A stretch of DNA of 63,067 bases, counting the filler, from Bigelowiella natans CCMP2755 (taxonomy: Eukaryota; Protista; Cercozoa): NCBI GenBank assembly GCA_000320545.1. It is 7 parts of 7 records of this genome, joined end to end, with 100 filler letters (N's around TTAATTAATTAA, not from the genome) between each part and the next. Parts side by side here need not be neighbours in the genome. Positions count along the whole stretch, not along the records: positions 22,462 to 37,843 come from ADNK01000293.1; 6 more parts are not named here. One strand, 5' to 3'. How positions within the stretch are numbered: position 1 is the first letter of the stretch; each line of letters opens with the position of its first letter. Of the stretch, positions 23,493 to 37,415 are shown piece by piece. The position numbers and the translations under genes are program-made. The notes under the pieces are model-generated. The model saw only the letters and a program-made list of their open reading frames with translations. It was not told the origin of the DNA and searched no databases.

Positions 23493-24714
23493 ATAAATTA
23501 TTTTTTTAAAAAAAATAGATATCTCATCCTCTGTTTCACCATCATCCCCAATCAGTCACCGATCATCGTATATCTACTACCTTGATAAGATGGTAATTCA
23601 ATAGTTTAAAGGTAAAGGTTGGTCCCTTTGGCGTTTTGATAATTCTCAACGAGCCACCCGACGCCGACTCAGTGAGCACCTAGTTCATCATCATCATCAT
23701 CATTATCATCACCATGGAGCAGTGACTAGCAGTCTTAATGAATTACCATGAAATGCGTGACTCCTAGCGGGGTGGATATAGCAAGGAAGTCGCGAAGCCT
23801 ATTCGCCCTTCTTTCCTGCACCATCCAAACAAAAACACACCACGGTACGGATTAGAATCGAGACGACATAGACGAGCTCCTTTCCTCCCAATTTTTGAGG
23901 GAAAAGCGCCTTCAGGATTAGTTATTCATGCCTTAAGATTCTGAGCAGTATACGGCATCATCGTGTTCCTCAGATCATAGACCAGCTGCTGCAGTCGTTT
24001 CGAGGAAGAGCCACGTCTGAATATAAACGTCTTCGGGACCTTTTCAGGAAGGATCTCCACTTCATCTTCGACTCGTGATGAGGAGGTTCCCCTTCCACGC
24101 CCTCGGCCAGAACTAGAAGAAAAATCGCGTTTTGTCTTTGATGGTCTGAATCCTGCTCTCCTATTTTGTCCCCTTACACCTACGGCTTCATTGTCGCGAC
24201 GCTGAAGGGGAGAAGAGGAGGAGGAGGATAGATAATATTTTTAGGGCATTTCTCAGTGCTTTGAGTAGAACAATGGTGTGAGAACCCAAAACGACCAATA
24301 TACAGACGCCCACATCAACGACAAGGTTATGGAATCGGAATCCTCCCAGCCCCCAGATTCGTTGTTTTGGATGAGTATGATATGCATGCGTATTGGTGCA
24401 GGTTCGCAGCAGCAGCTACTACATCAAATCTAGACTTTTTGAGCTGTCGGATCTCCTTCGTAGGTGCAGTTTCTGTTCAAAATGAATAAATCGCTCTCAC
24501 AAGGGACAGACGGATGGAAGGGAAGGTCAAACGCCGGCCGGGAGTCGTTAAGTGAGCTTCTGAGAGGCGCATGTGGCTACAGGGCGTCACTTTTAACAGA
24601 TTCAGAAAACAAGACAAACAGACCTAGGAAAATAATGCAGATCAATCCAAGCACCAAGAGCCTAGGGACGACAATGATCCCTTTGCACCCCCGCCCACTA
24701 ATAGTTATTGCCAT
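22613..24714 (-). CDS. PPAN: Divergent Brix-domain protein of the PPAN/Ssf1 family, 3' part lost in gap; N-terminal exons tentative
   Basis: Exons give VPKTFIFRRGSSSKRLQQLVYDLRNTMMPYTAQNLK / ERRANRLRDFLAISTPLGVTHFM / VLTESASGGSLRIIKTPKGPTFTFKLLNYHLIK / .. HHKLTSALLQ / GLFVSVDTST, colinear with the Ssf1/PPAN Brix domain. Core is secure for 22613-24201; the ATG at 24714 is tentative. Confidence 0.8.
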
Positions 24715-25186
24715 AGGCAGGCTAGCGGGACGGGGCAGGTGAGGTGTCTGCTTTCCTAGTCAAAGCCATCACCGTCTTGCAACAACAGCACAACACACTT
24801 CCTGCTTGAAATGACAGCTTTTCAATCCTATCGCGAATTATCGATAATATATCGAAGAAAAATGTTCATGAAACTTATGTGGTGCCTGTAGATGCAAGCA
24901 AGAAGCGCAATGATGCGTCCTCATGCTTGTGTGATATATCCAGGTTGATTTTCTGTCGCGCGCTTCAAAAGCCAAGCTCCTTTTTCAGTTCTGTCGAGAG
25001 AGAATTTGAAGCTGCGACAAGATAATAATGATAAAATTTGCAAAGAATAGCCTGTATTTGACAGCTGTCCTGGCGCACCCTAAGAGGGCTGTGCATAAAC
25101 TGGTCTCTTCTCCGCCCGCGTCCCTCCCTTAGCCATTAGTGAACAGTTGGATACGGCAAAACCAACCCCCAAGTCCCTGAGTAGTC

Positions 25187-27246
25187 ATGTCTGATTCTGA
25201 TGATGATATGAACGCGGGCGTGGGGCCAACGCAGGCCATAGACCAGGTATATTGGCTGATTTGTAAAGCATCATCATTTGTTCCCCAGAGTGTTAGGATT
25301 TCTTCATCAAACCCGCGTTGTGGTTATTCATATAAGAGCAAAGGGAATCAATAAACCGTCGATGTCATTTCTTTTTTTGGTCATGCGTAACGTTGTGGTG
25401 CAATAAGTGAAGCGAAACTATGTGTTTAATCCAAACATAAGGCCGGCTCTGGTGACGAAATGGAGGAGGATAGAGACAGTGTCGCTCCAACACAAACTGC
25501 TGCGATAGGTTGTGCGGAATTTCAAACACCATTCTCTGCAAATTATGTAGCTGGTGTATCCCCTCTGTTTGTGTGCAGCATTTTATAGTACTTTGTTGGG
25601 AGTCGTACGTTTGTTCTCCCCATTGAAAATAATATCAATTGTTTGGCACTGGTTACTTGGGAGGAGGGACGCCTGACTATTATGACATAAAATAGTTAGA
25701 TTATTCCCTTTCTTTTTTCAACCTTTCTCTTTCTCCCTCAACCCCCCCCCCCCCCCCCGCAAGTGTAAACATATGTACATATGTACATAATCATATTTGA
25801 TACTGACACACACACACACACACACACACATAAAAAATAACAAATCAGATGGTGAAGAAAGTGATGATGAGAGCGACGATGACGATGACGATGACGACGA
25901 TGACGACGACGACGAGAAAGCAGCCATCAAACCTAATCCCAAGCCGTCCAGCAACGTCGATGAGAATAAAGATGGTGATGACGATGACGATGATGATGAG
26001 GATGAGGATGATGAGAATTTCGCTCCCAAAGAGGACGTCGAGGAAGAAGAGGATGATGCTGATCAGGCAGAAAACGACGACGACGGCGACGAGCAGAAAG
26101 AGAGGAGGAAGAAGAAGCGTCGCATTGACGAATTCATCGATGAGGACGCTGAGGTTGTTTTTTCTTCCTATCATGTTGCAGATATTAATCTCTGTAGCGT
26201 ATTGGACGTCATGCGACCTTTTCAAAAACATGCATGTGAATGAAATAATAACAATAAAATCTATGATGATGATTATGAATTTGTCACCCACGCTCCTCTA
26301 CTTATTTATCTCCCAAGCTGCTCGCTATAATAGTAATAATAATAATAGTAATAATAGTAATAATAATAATAGTAGTAATAATAATAATAATAATAATAAT
26401 GATTATGTGGCTCCTCACTCACTGATGGGGTCTAACAGGTTGAGGACGGTGAAAATGTTTCCTCCGATGAGGATGACGAGGACGCAGAGAACAGTGATGA
26501 TCGTGACTTTATCCGTAAGGAGAAGCAGCATGTGAAGTTGAAGTTTCGCGGCAAGAAACGACGCGTAGAAAGGGTGACTCAGGATGAGCTTGACCTGATT
26601 GAAGAGAATACGGGAAAGAGGGTAAACGTCGGCATCGACCACGAGATAGACGATGACAGCGATGACTCCGGGGACGGGGAACAAAGGCAGGGGAAAAGGC
26701 TTCGCGCTGCCCGAAAGCGCAAACATCGGTTTGGTGCGGAGAACGCCGACGAGCTTGAAAGGGAGCTCTTTGGAGGAGGCCTAGACGACGAGGACGACGT
26801 TGACATGAAAGAGGAGGGACGCGCTGATGAGAAGCGAATGCCGCAGGAAGACTACTACGAGGACGATGACCAGGAGGTACTGCTATTACCATTGCCACTT
26901 TTGCTACTATTACTAACAACTACACAAGCGGCCTTACGCTAAGACCGACACTGGGATGATGATAACACATACACATTCGTATGTACGCACGCATATGTGA
27001 CGGACTACTGCTACTAGTTAGTAGTAGTGGGTCGCATAGGCAATGCATCTCGAAATCAAATTGAGAAGATGGTGTGTCAAGAATTCTTGGTCGGCATTAC
27101 CAAGAATAATGCCGATGGCGCATGTTGCACAAGCCGTTAGAAGTAGACGGTATTATTCATGTGTCGCAGTCATTGTCGGTGTTTGGATGAGGAATCAATT
27201 AATAAATTGAAATTGTGGTCCTCAATACTCCCAGCGCACACACACA

Positions 27247-27280
<34 letters not shown>

Positions 27281-27811
27281 CTGAAAAGCATGCTTCTAAG
27301 ATATACGTAACCTTCTAATAATCCTCCTCCTCCTCCTCCTCCTCCTCCTCCTCCTACCCCTCTTCCTTATAGGACCCGGACGAATGGGTGGTTTCATTGA
27401 AGGAGAGCTGCTGGGAGAAGACGGAGAGAATATGGGCCGCATTGTGGACGTGTTCGGGGAGGACGCCGCGGCCTTCCTTCAAGGCTTCAATCCCGATGAT
27501 GAAGTCAAAGGCGCTGAGGAGAAGCACAGAATGTGTGTGCATTTAGTATTAGTGCTATGATACACACGTGTGTAGATAGACCATTACGCTACTGCTGCTG
27601 CTGCTGCTGCTGGGTATCATCAACGTATCATCGTACTTCTCACATATGTCATTCCCCCCTCCCCCCCCTAGGCGGAAAAAGGACTTAGTAGATCCCTCGA
27701 TGCGCGATGTTAACTATCTGACGGCGATCGATGAGGAGATAAAGAATGCTGACCTCCCTGAGCGGCTACAGATACGCCGTAAGCTGAGGGGAACGACCAA
27801 GGTGTGTGTGC

Positions 27812-27848
<37 letters not shown>

Positions 27849-29401
27849 ATGGTGAAGATAGATGATGAAGATGATGGGGATGATAGAGACTGGCTAACCT
27901 GTATAATCGGAGTTTCTCATCAGATTTGATTCAAATAGTCTCTGCTGAATTTTGGTTGCTCATTCACCCGTTTGCTCCCCGTTTTTGTTTGTTGATGAAT
28001 GAGCTTGAAATACATTTACTACGTTAAAGTGTTTGTTCGACTGCTCGTTATGAGGACGCATCTCACAGCTTTCAGCACAATAAATTATTAATGGATTGAA
28101 TCGTCATCATTATCATTTCCATCATGATAATTGTCCCTCCCCCCGCCCCTCCCCTCCCCTCCCATCGCCACCAGAACCCTGGGAATGAGGACCTTCTGGA
28201 AGAGGCCAAGTGGATCAACGAGCACGCCTTCAACAACACCCTGAAAAACAACTCGGTCGTGAAAGTGCTTAACTTCATAAAGGTAGTACTCGATTGAATG
28301 CATGTGCTAGAACTTGACCAACACCGTTGTAACAGTAGCAGCAGCGTTAAGATACGAGGATGTGTGTATCTTCCGTGGGCAGACAAAGAAAATAGAGTGC
28401 CCTTTCATGAAATGTATGCGCTTTTCACTCAACCCTCCGACCCCCCCCCCCCCCCCTTTCTTCTTTGCTCGTCAGGTTGAATCATTGGAAGTTCCGGTCA
28501 TTTTGAACACTCGCAGAGAGTACTGCTCGCCGCTCAAAGAGGTACTGTTATTATTAGTATTATCATTATTATTGTCATCATCATCATTATTATTACTATT
28601 ATTGCCGTTATTCATTTTAAAAAGGCATGCGATGATGTTGTTGCAATATTCTGCGTCATGTTGTATACCGCGATCAAACGGCTTACGAGGCCGAGATCGG
28701 GCACGCTGTCGTCAATAATTTCGACACACCACGTGTTCTTATTGTTGTTGTTGTTATTGCTGCTGCTGCTACTACTGTTGTTGCTGTTGTGCTAATTGCA
28801 AATTCTTCTTCTTTTTCTTCTTCTTCTTCTTCTTCTTCTTCTTCTTCTTCTTTTCTCAGGACCCAGAAGAGAAAATGCAGGAGGATGATGCCGAAGAGCA
28901 GATGGAGCTCATTGAAGATATTCTATGGAAAATAGATGAGGTAGGTAGAGGGCCATTGATGATTACAACCTCACCCACCCCCTATTTTTTGGCCACAAAT
29001 AATATCCTCTCCCACCTCAATTGTGCATCATCGTCGTTCTGAAGAATGAATGTATGTGTGCGTACTTTCTTGCTTCGTGAGATTATTCCCACCATCACCA
29101 TCACTCTACCATAGCCCTCTCCCCCGCCCCCTCCTGATCAACTGCGACCATTATTTTATGCCCGCATAATAATCCTTATCCAATTTTTGTTTTGTGTGAT
29201 AGTGGGATGAGCGATGGGACCGCATGTATCAACGAAGGGGAGCTCTCAGTAAAGTAGCGATTTCAAGGTAGGAGTAGTAATAGTAGTAGTAGTAGTTGTT
29301 GTAGCAGTAGTAGTAGTAGTAGTGTAATAGTAGTTGGTAGTTGAGGCCTCTCCAAGCTGCATGCTGCTTCATGCCGCTGAGGAGTTGCATTTCTTCATCA
29401 C

Positions 29402-29435
<34 letters not shown>

Positions 29436-29599
29436 GGGGGAAGAACAAAGGAGTGGGAATGAGAAATCCGTCTCTTCGTAATTAGGGACCACAAGGAACT
29501 ACTGGATCTTATCAGCACTTCCTCGGAGTCCTACCAGCTCAACGACATTGCACAGTGAGTGATGATAGTGAACCCCAACGCACACAGACAGAAGACGCC

Positions 29600-29632
<33 letters not shown>

Positions 29633-32165
29633 ATTGATACTCAAAAAATGAAGAAAGTTTATACGTCGGTACTGAAGGTGCCGATCATCATCGGTTTCCT
29701 CCGTGACAATGTGTTGTAGATGCTGAGTGTGTGCCGCAGAACATCAATCCCCCACCATCCCTGTGTTTCGCGACGTATCATTTCCCGATTTGGGATCATC
29801 TGCAAATGCTTGGTTTTATATATAATCTTGATCTCTCTTTCTCAAAGCATATATTCAATACGAGTACAACGGTGAGGGTGCTTACAGCTTCATTATATGT
29901 ACGTGTAACATCATCAAGGTTTCTCTCCACGACTAGCAAGCGCTCGACGACGAAGGCACCGAAGCGTCTGCAAGTTGAACATATGATCAAGGATGAGGGC
30001 CTTGACGACGTCATAGCGGTAAGTATATGTACCATCGATGTGTGAATCAAGGAAAACGACGAGATCTGAATCACTACACGCCTTCTAGCACGTCGCCGTA
30101 GCATCGCTTTTATTTCCCACCGCATGGATTATCAAATGGGAGCTTTCTTTTCTTGTGTACCTGTTCTTTTATCTGCTCCACGTGCGGTGATGTTTAACGG
30201 CGTGCTCACCTACGGACTCCCCCACCCCCCTTCCTTTCAACTATCCCTCTCGTCGCAAGATGATGTGTCTGGATTCGAAGCTATTTGCGGAGAACCTCCA
30301 AAACCAGTATCTGAAGCACGCTCCGAAACCCATAGAGAGAAGGTGCTATTTGCGGTGGAAGCCATTGTGAAAATGTGACTGCTGATGATGGAGATACAAT
30401 GGTGATGATGGTGACGATGATGATGATAATGATGATGCTAGTTTTGACTTGCCACGACTATTCCGGGGGAAGATCACTATACCATGACCTTCATCGTCAT
30501 CATCATCATCTTCATCATCATCATCATCATCATCATATTCGTCATTATCTTAGTTGCATATAAAGCATCCGCACCATCATTACCACCACCACCACCACCA
30601 CCACCACCATCATCATCATTATTACCGATGTAGTTGCTTTGCTGCTTGTGCTGCTGCCGTGATGCGTGCTGCTGCTGGTCCTTATTCCTCCCTCCAATAC
30701 CACAAGTCCCCTTGACGTCGCGGAGGAGCGGATCACTACCAAATACCAGTCGCCTGAAGAGGTGCTCAGACGGGCTCGCATTGTTGCTGGGTACGTGCCT
30801 CCTGCCAACGTTTTATTGGGAGAAGTATAGTACATGTACCACAGCCTCAACCTTTAAACACAACATTTAAAGCCATTCGTTGCGTGTCATTCAATTCTTT
30901 GATTCCCTATCTTCTTTCCTCCTTCTTTCCTCCTCCTCCTTCTCCTCACACACACTCTCTCTCTCTCTTTCTTTCTTCCTTCTCCTTACCCCCCCCCCCC
31001 CCCCCTTCCTCCCATGCAATGCACACAGTTTCCGGCTCTTCATCCACCCCCAGACGCGCCGCTACGTCAGTGAGCGCTACTTTGAACGTGCGCGCATATC
31101 TACCAGACCCACACTCAAGGGCCTCAGGGAGATCGATTGGATGCACAAGTAGTAGTAGTAGTAGTAGTAGTAGCAGTAGTTAATAGTCACAATAGTCATC
31201 AGCATTGCCAGCAGCATCAGCATCATCGCTATGAGCAATTCTTGATTATCGACAATGCATGCATGCATGATGTTGGTGATGATCGATCCATTGTGTACCT
31301 GCCAGATACTACGCATTTCAGCGTTTGCGACGGAAGCCAGCGGGCAGGTTCTCGGGCACTGATTTCGTACAGATCGAGGCCGCCGTGAAGGAGGGATTTG
31401 TTCACCTGGACATCGAGATTGAAGGATCGGGAGTGCCTCCGGATGATGGGAAGAAGAAAGAGATTGAGGACGAAAACGATGTGAGTTGTCATTGATCTTT
31501 GATGACAGCGTTAATGATTTGTTTGTATGAGATGTCATCAATACGACGACGACGACGACGACGACAAGGACGCACGGCGCAAACATTTTTCTATTCTTCC
31601 TCCTCCTTCTCCCCCCCCCCCCCCCCCCTTCCAGCTCCCCGAGTTCGATTTCCTCCTGAACGACCTTCTCGACCACCTCTTCGACGCCGAGTCGGAGGAG
31701 GGGAGGAGCGAGGCAGGAAAGCTGTGGGCGCGGGAGAGGAAGCTGTTGGTTTGGGGGATGATTCAAACACGCCTTCACCGTTTTGGCATCAAGCACGTGA
31801 GGCAAAAACTGCTCGATGCTGCTGAGGATGCGGTAGCGGTCCAAGCGACGCAGAAGCTGCGCCATCTTCTCGAAACCGGGAGGGTCAACAACCGCGGCGA
31901 TAGCGGTCACTGCCGCGTTATGGTGTGCTGTGTGGGGGAGAGGGGAGAACCTGCCGTGGCGGTCGTCGTCTCTGAGGACGGGGAGCTCGTCGATCATCTC
32001 CATCTCGAGCACATCAAGTCTCGAGCCAGCGCTATGACGAAGGGACCGCATGGCAACACCATGTATCAAAGCAAGCTGGAGGAGCTCGAGGTACTACTAG
32101 TACTACCACTACTACCAGTACCTGGAGGGGGAAAATGACGAACATCATCACTACTACTACTTCTT

Positions 32166-32203
<38 letters not shown>

Positions 32204-32659
32204 GCGAACAATTAACATTTCCTCCTCCTCCCCCTCCTCCTCCTCCTCCTCATCATCATATATCTTTCCCATGCGACGACGTCAGGTTTTCGCAGAGTTC
32301 GTGCGGCGTAACGGGCCGAAGGCTGTCTTCGTGACCGCGGACGCGATGGACGCCACGCGGTTCAAGAAGGAGATCGACAACCGCCTGTTTGCCATGGACA
32401 AAGAGTCGTGCTTTGTTGACCCCACCGTCGCCGATATCACCTCTGCCACCGAGAGGATGATCAGTGAGTTAAAGGAGCAGAAGGGGCTGGTAAGGAAGGC
32501 CATTGCTACTGGTACATCGCAGTAGTAGCAGCAGCAGCAGTAGTAGTAGTAGTAGTAGTAGTAAGCAGAGGCAGCAGCAGTAGTAGTAATAGTAGTGCTT
32601 GTTGTTGTAGTAGTAGCAGTGTTAGAAAGTGAGGTTGATTTTGTTATGCCGTCTGGTGA

Positions 32660-32704
<45 letters not shown>

Positions 32705-33398
32705 TCATTGTTGTCATCAGTGTTTTTGAGTGCGAGTACTTATTGCTATCGATGGCAACATATACGATGTTCGCACCGTTTGTACGTATCGAGCAGAAAA
32801 AGGGGAAGACACCCTCAATATGCTATCGTCAGTCGTTATTCTCGTCATCATCATCATCATCATCATCATTATCATCATCATCATCCGCAGCAGCAGCAAT
32901 TACAATGCTGCTCACATCCTTTTGATGATTCATTTTCTCTTGCTTACGATCATCGGTGCTGCTGCTGCTGCTGCTGTCAACCAACAAACAAACAGCTCGT
33001 TGGGTGTTGGACCCTGCCGCAGAGCTTGCCGGCATGATGCTCCGTAACTCAATCACCAAGACCTACGACATCCTGTCCCTGGAGCTCGACCCCCTGCAGA
33101 AGCGCATCTCCTCTTCCCGCCTTCTCGGCAAGCTGGAGAGGGAGCTCATCAAGTACACGTCCTTCTACGGGGTGGGTGCTCGTCTGTTTCGTGTCGTCTT
33201 CGTCTTCGTCTTCGTCGCCGTCGTCGTCGTCGTCATTGTTGTCGTCGGCCGTCCATTACGAGAGTGCAACCTACGATTTTCTTCTATTTTGCTCCTCTTC
33301 CTCCTCATACTGCTATCATTGCTTTATCATCACTATCATCGATTATTATTGCACCGTTGTTCATTAGTATTTGTTGTCGGTACTTGTGTAGTTTGATA

Positions 33399-33451
<53 letters not shown>

Positions 33452-33628
33452 TATTCATCTTTCTCATTTCGCACCTGCCTCCTCCTCCTCTTCCTCTTCC
33501 TCCTCCTCTCTTCTCCTTTCCCTCCCTCCCTCCCTCCCAGGTCGACGTGAACCAGTTGATCCGACACCCCCACAAGAGGTACACGCTCCAATTCCTTCCA
33601 GGGCTTGGTCCGAGAAAGGTATGATGAC

Positions 33629-33663
<35 letters not shown>

Positions 33664-34119
33664 CGATGATGATGATGATGACGAAGAAGATGGTTATTCC
33701 GTCCTGCAGATCGCCGTTTTGATGTCGTGATTATTGATGATTCTTTGCATCATCTATGAGCGTCGCTTTAGGTCTCTCCCTCTTCTCTACTCACTCTCAA
33801 TCTACAATGCTTTCTTCTCTAGGCGCTGAAGCTCTACGACGACCTGAAGCGAAATGGCCCGATTTATAGCAGAATGCAGCTCTCCTCGGATGACGACCGC
33901 GCGGAGAATAACCGCTCTCAATGGGATGACGAGGACGAAGACGTCGATCGTAGAAGGGTACAGCGCCATTGGAACCACTTCGTTCATTCACTCATTGATT
34001 GCCTGTGTGTATGTGTGTCGTTGCTATCATCGACCCCCATTGCTTTGACCAAATCAAACTCATTGCATCCTGAAAAGTTGATCCAGACCGGCGTTTCCAG
34101 CTTCCCCCTCCTTATATAA

Positions 34120-34171
<52 letters not shown>

Positions 34172-34203
34172 GGGTGTGTGTATGTGTGTATGTGTGTGTG
34201 ATA

Positions 34204-34238
<35 letters not shown>

Positions 34239-35388
34239 CGATTTTTACACCGCACGCATGACTCGTGCAAGCTACTGGTATGTTGCTGTACGAGTGTATA
34301 GATCATTTTCGTCTTGTTCTTCTTGCTCTTCTTGTTCTTTTTCCTCCTCCTCCTCCTCCTCCCACCCACCACCATTGTGATGCAAAGACGAAGATATTGG
34401 GCAGCTTGGTCTACCACAACTGTTGCTCCTTTGTCCGCGTCGAAGAATGTCCTGATATGCAGGACAACATGGAGGACAACGATGAGGTCAGTAATCTATC
34501 CTACTACCTCAATCAAGAGGAAGAAGAAGAAGAAGAAATAAAAAAATCAAAGGAGATATAAGCACACCCCATCTCATACACACGCACACACACACACACA
34601 CACACACACGCACGCACGCACACGCGCAAAACTACTACTACTTGTACTACAACAACTAAACCTACTACTACTACTACTACTGCTACTACTACTCCTACTC
34701 AGATACAAAGCATGGATTACCTTGACCGCACACGCATCCACCCGGAGGACTACAGCCTAGCGCAGGATATCGTACGCGACCTGACCAAGAGCGCCCCCGA
34801 CCTAGTCCTCATCCTGGGCCCGGGCTCCGACCTCGAGTTGGCGCAGAAGTTCATATCGGCCTTCGATAACCACGTGCTCGAGACGTACACTGAGGAAGAG
34901 GACGACGGCGGCGGCGCAACGGTGACTGTGCTGTGGACGCGCCTACCGGATGACGACTCTGACGACGAGCCGCGTCTGCGTTCTAGGCTGGGAGACATCC
35001 ACGAGTCGAAGCTGAGCTCCAAGACGGTGAATGCGATGTCTGCCCTCTCCAAGACGCCCCCCATCCTCTTCGCGCAAGTGCGGCTCCAGGCCCCCAACAG
35101 GGCGCTCAAGGAGGCCCTCAAAATGGGCGACCGGGTGTTCTACGAGCAGGACTTCTACGACGGCGACGACGACGAGAAGAAGTTCATACCCGTCGACCAG
35201 AATAAGAGCGTGGACGATCTCGAGACCCTCATTGAACAGAATGGTAGTAAGCAAGGAGGGGAATGCGAAGAAGAGAAAGAGGAGGGAGGGAGGGGGGGAG
35301 AAGGAGAGAAGGAGAGAGAGAAGCTGATTGGTGCGTGCTATTTTGAGTGCGGAATCATTTTGTATTTATTATGCCTGGTCGACGCCGC

Positions 35389-35423
<35 letters not shown>

Positions 35424-35539
35424 ATATATGCACCCACGAATGCGAATTATAATAATTAAAGATAAGAAAGAGCTCACTATGGAGGACTACAAAGAGGTAA
35501 TAATAACCGGAGAAATACATTGCACACGCTCCTCGCCAC

Positions 35540-35608
<69 letters not shown>

Positions 35609-36448
35609 AATTTACATACTGGATGATGACGGCATCATTTGTCCCACAATGGAACGATTTACTAATCATATACATTTGTTTGCAGTGTTATTATTTATTA
35701 ATTGATGATTCATGGTGCGCTATTCTCGTTCTTGTTCTTCATCCTCTTCTTCTTCTTCTTCTTCTTCTTCTTCTTCTGCTTATTCGTTGGTGTGTAGGTT
35801 AAGACCAAGGCCGTGAGCTTGCTGCACTTGGACCTTCCGCAATACGCTGAGATGCTGGAAGAAGACGCCCCCTCCGAAGAGCAATACCGCAAAAAGGTGA
35901 GTGGGTCAGTAGGGAGGGGGCAAGAAGCAAATCATTTTTATTACACAGACGCGTTGTTTCAAGGCTCTTGTCTTCTTCTTCTCCTTTTTCTCCTCCTCCT
36001 CCTCCTCCTCCTTCTCTTCCCCCTCCCCCCCCTCCTTTCCTTGACGTCCATTCGATTCCCTCCCCATCGTCGTCGCCGCCACCACAGTTTATCATCATCA
36101 TCATCATCTTTTCATCGTCATTATTTCCAATCGCCACCGTCGTCATCCATCCGTCGTGCTGTCCTTCATCTGATCACTGTTTTATGGCAGCGGTGGCGTC
36201 TGGAACTCATAAAGAACGAGCTAATGAACCCTTTCAAAGAGCTCAAGACCGAGGAGCAGACAGGGCAGGAGCACCCCATCTACGAAAACAAAGGTTAGAA
36301 GAAGAACAAGAACAAGAGCAGCAAGGGGATGAGGGTGTAGTGGTGGCGGGGTTATTTATCATCGTGTTAAAATACTGGTGTTTGTTATCATCGTGTTAAA
36401 AACTGACGACGATGACGAAGATATACCACCTATTCACGCACACACACG

Positions 36449-36486
<38 letters not shown>

Positions 36487-36842
36487 TGTGTGCATATATG
36501 TAAAGGGACACCCCTTACCGTACCCTCTTCTTCCTCTTCTTTTCCTTCTTCTTCTTCTTCTCCTTCCGACCATATCATTTATGTCGCCTCTACTCCTCCT
36601 CTTCCTCCAGGTCGGCGTCCTCTTCCCTCGGTCATCGATGGCAGAGAGCTCTTCTTTGAGGAGCCTGAAGGTTGTGCTGAGTAACACTTGAAGTCGTAGT
36701 CTCGTCATCATCATCATTACTTGTTCTTGAAAGCGTTGCTGCTGCTGCTGCTGCTGCTGCCTGTGCAATATTCATTACCTCGGTTGAGGACAGACTTATC
36801 AAGCCCCCAACCCCCCCAATTTCATCATCATCACAAAGATCA

Positions 36843-36873
<31 letters not shown>

Positions 36874-37381
36874 GCTATTCTCCCTCCTTACGCTAATCGT
36901 TCTTGATCACATTATGAATCATAAACAACAGAGGAGCAGCTGTTTTACCTGATGACGGGAGAATCGAAGGATACATTCCGCAAAGGTATGCTATGTACTA
37001 CTTACTAGTGGAGCAATGGAGAACGTATGAAGAGGATAAAGAAGAATGGAGAATGATAGACGACGAAGGAAGCTCTGCGTATAGCAGAATGTGGAGGAAG
37101 ACTAACCTCCTAGTTCTCGTCTTCCCCCTCGTCCCATCTTCTTCTAGTCATCTCCTCCTTTCTTTCTCCTTTTCCTCGTTCTCCTGCCTGGTGACAAATT
37201 CTCCCATCCATCGTCGTTGCTTATCGACGTGAATTCCACCATCAACCCCCCCCCATCGTAACCATCTAAGGGATGCTGGTCAACGCCCGATTCAGCCGGA
37301 TAAGCACTCCAAGACATAGAATGTGCGTAGCCCCTCCTCCGTTCATTCATTTCATTGCGCAGTCGTCTATGATTTAAAAGC

Positions 37382-37415
<34 letters not shown>

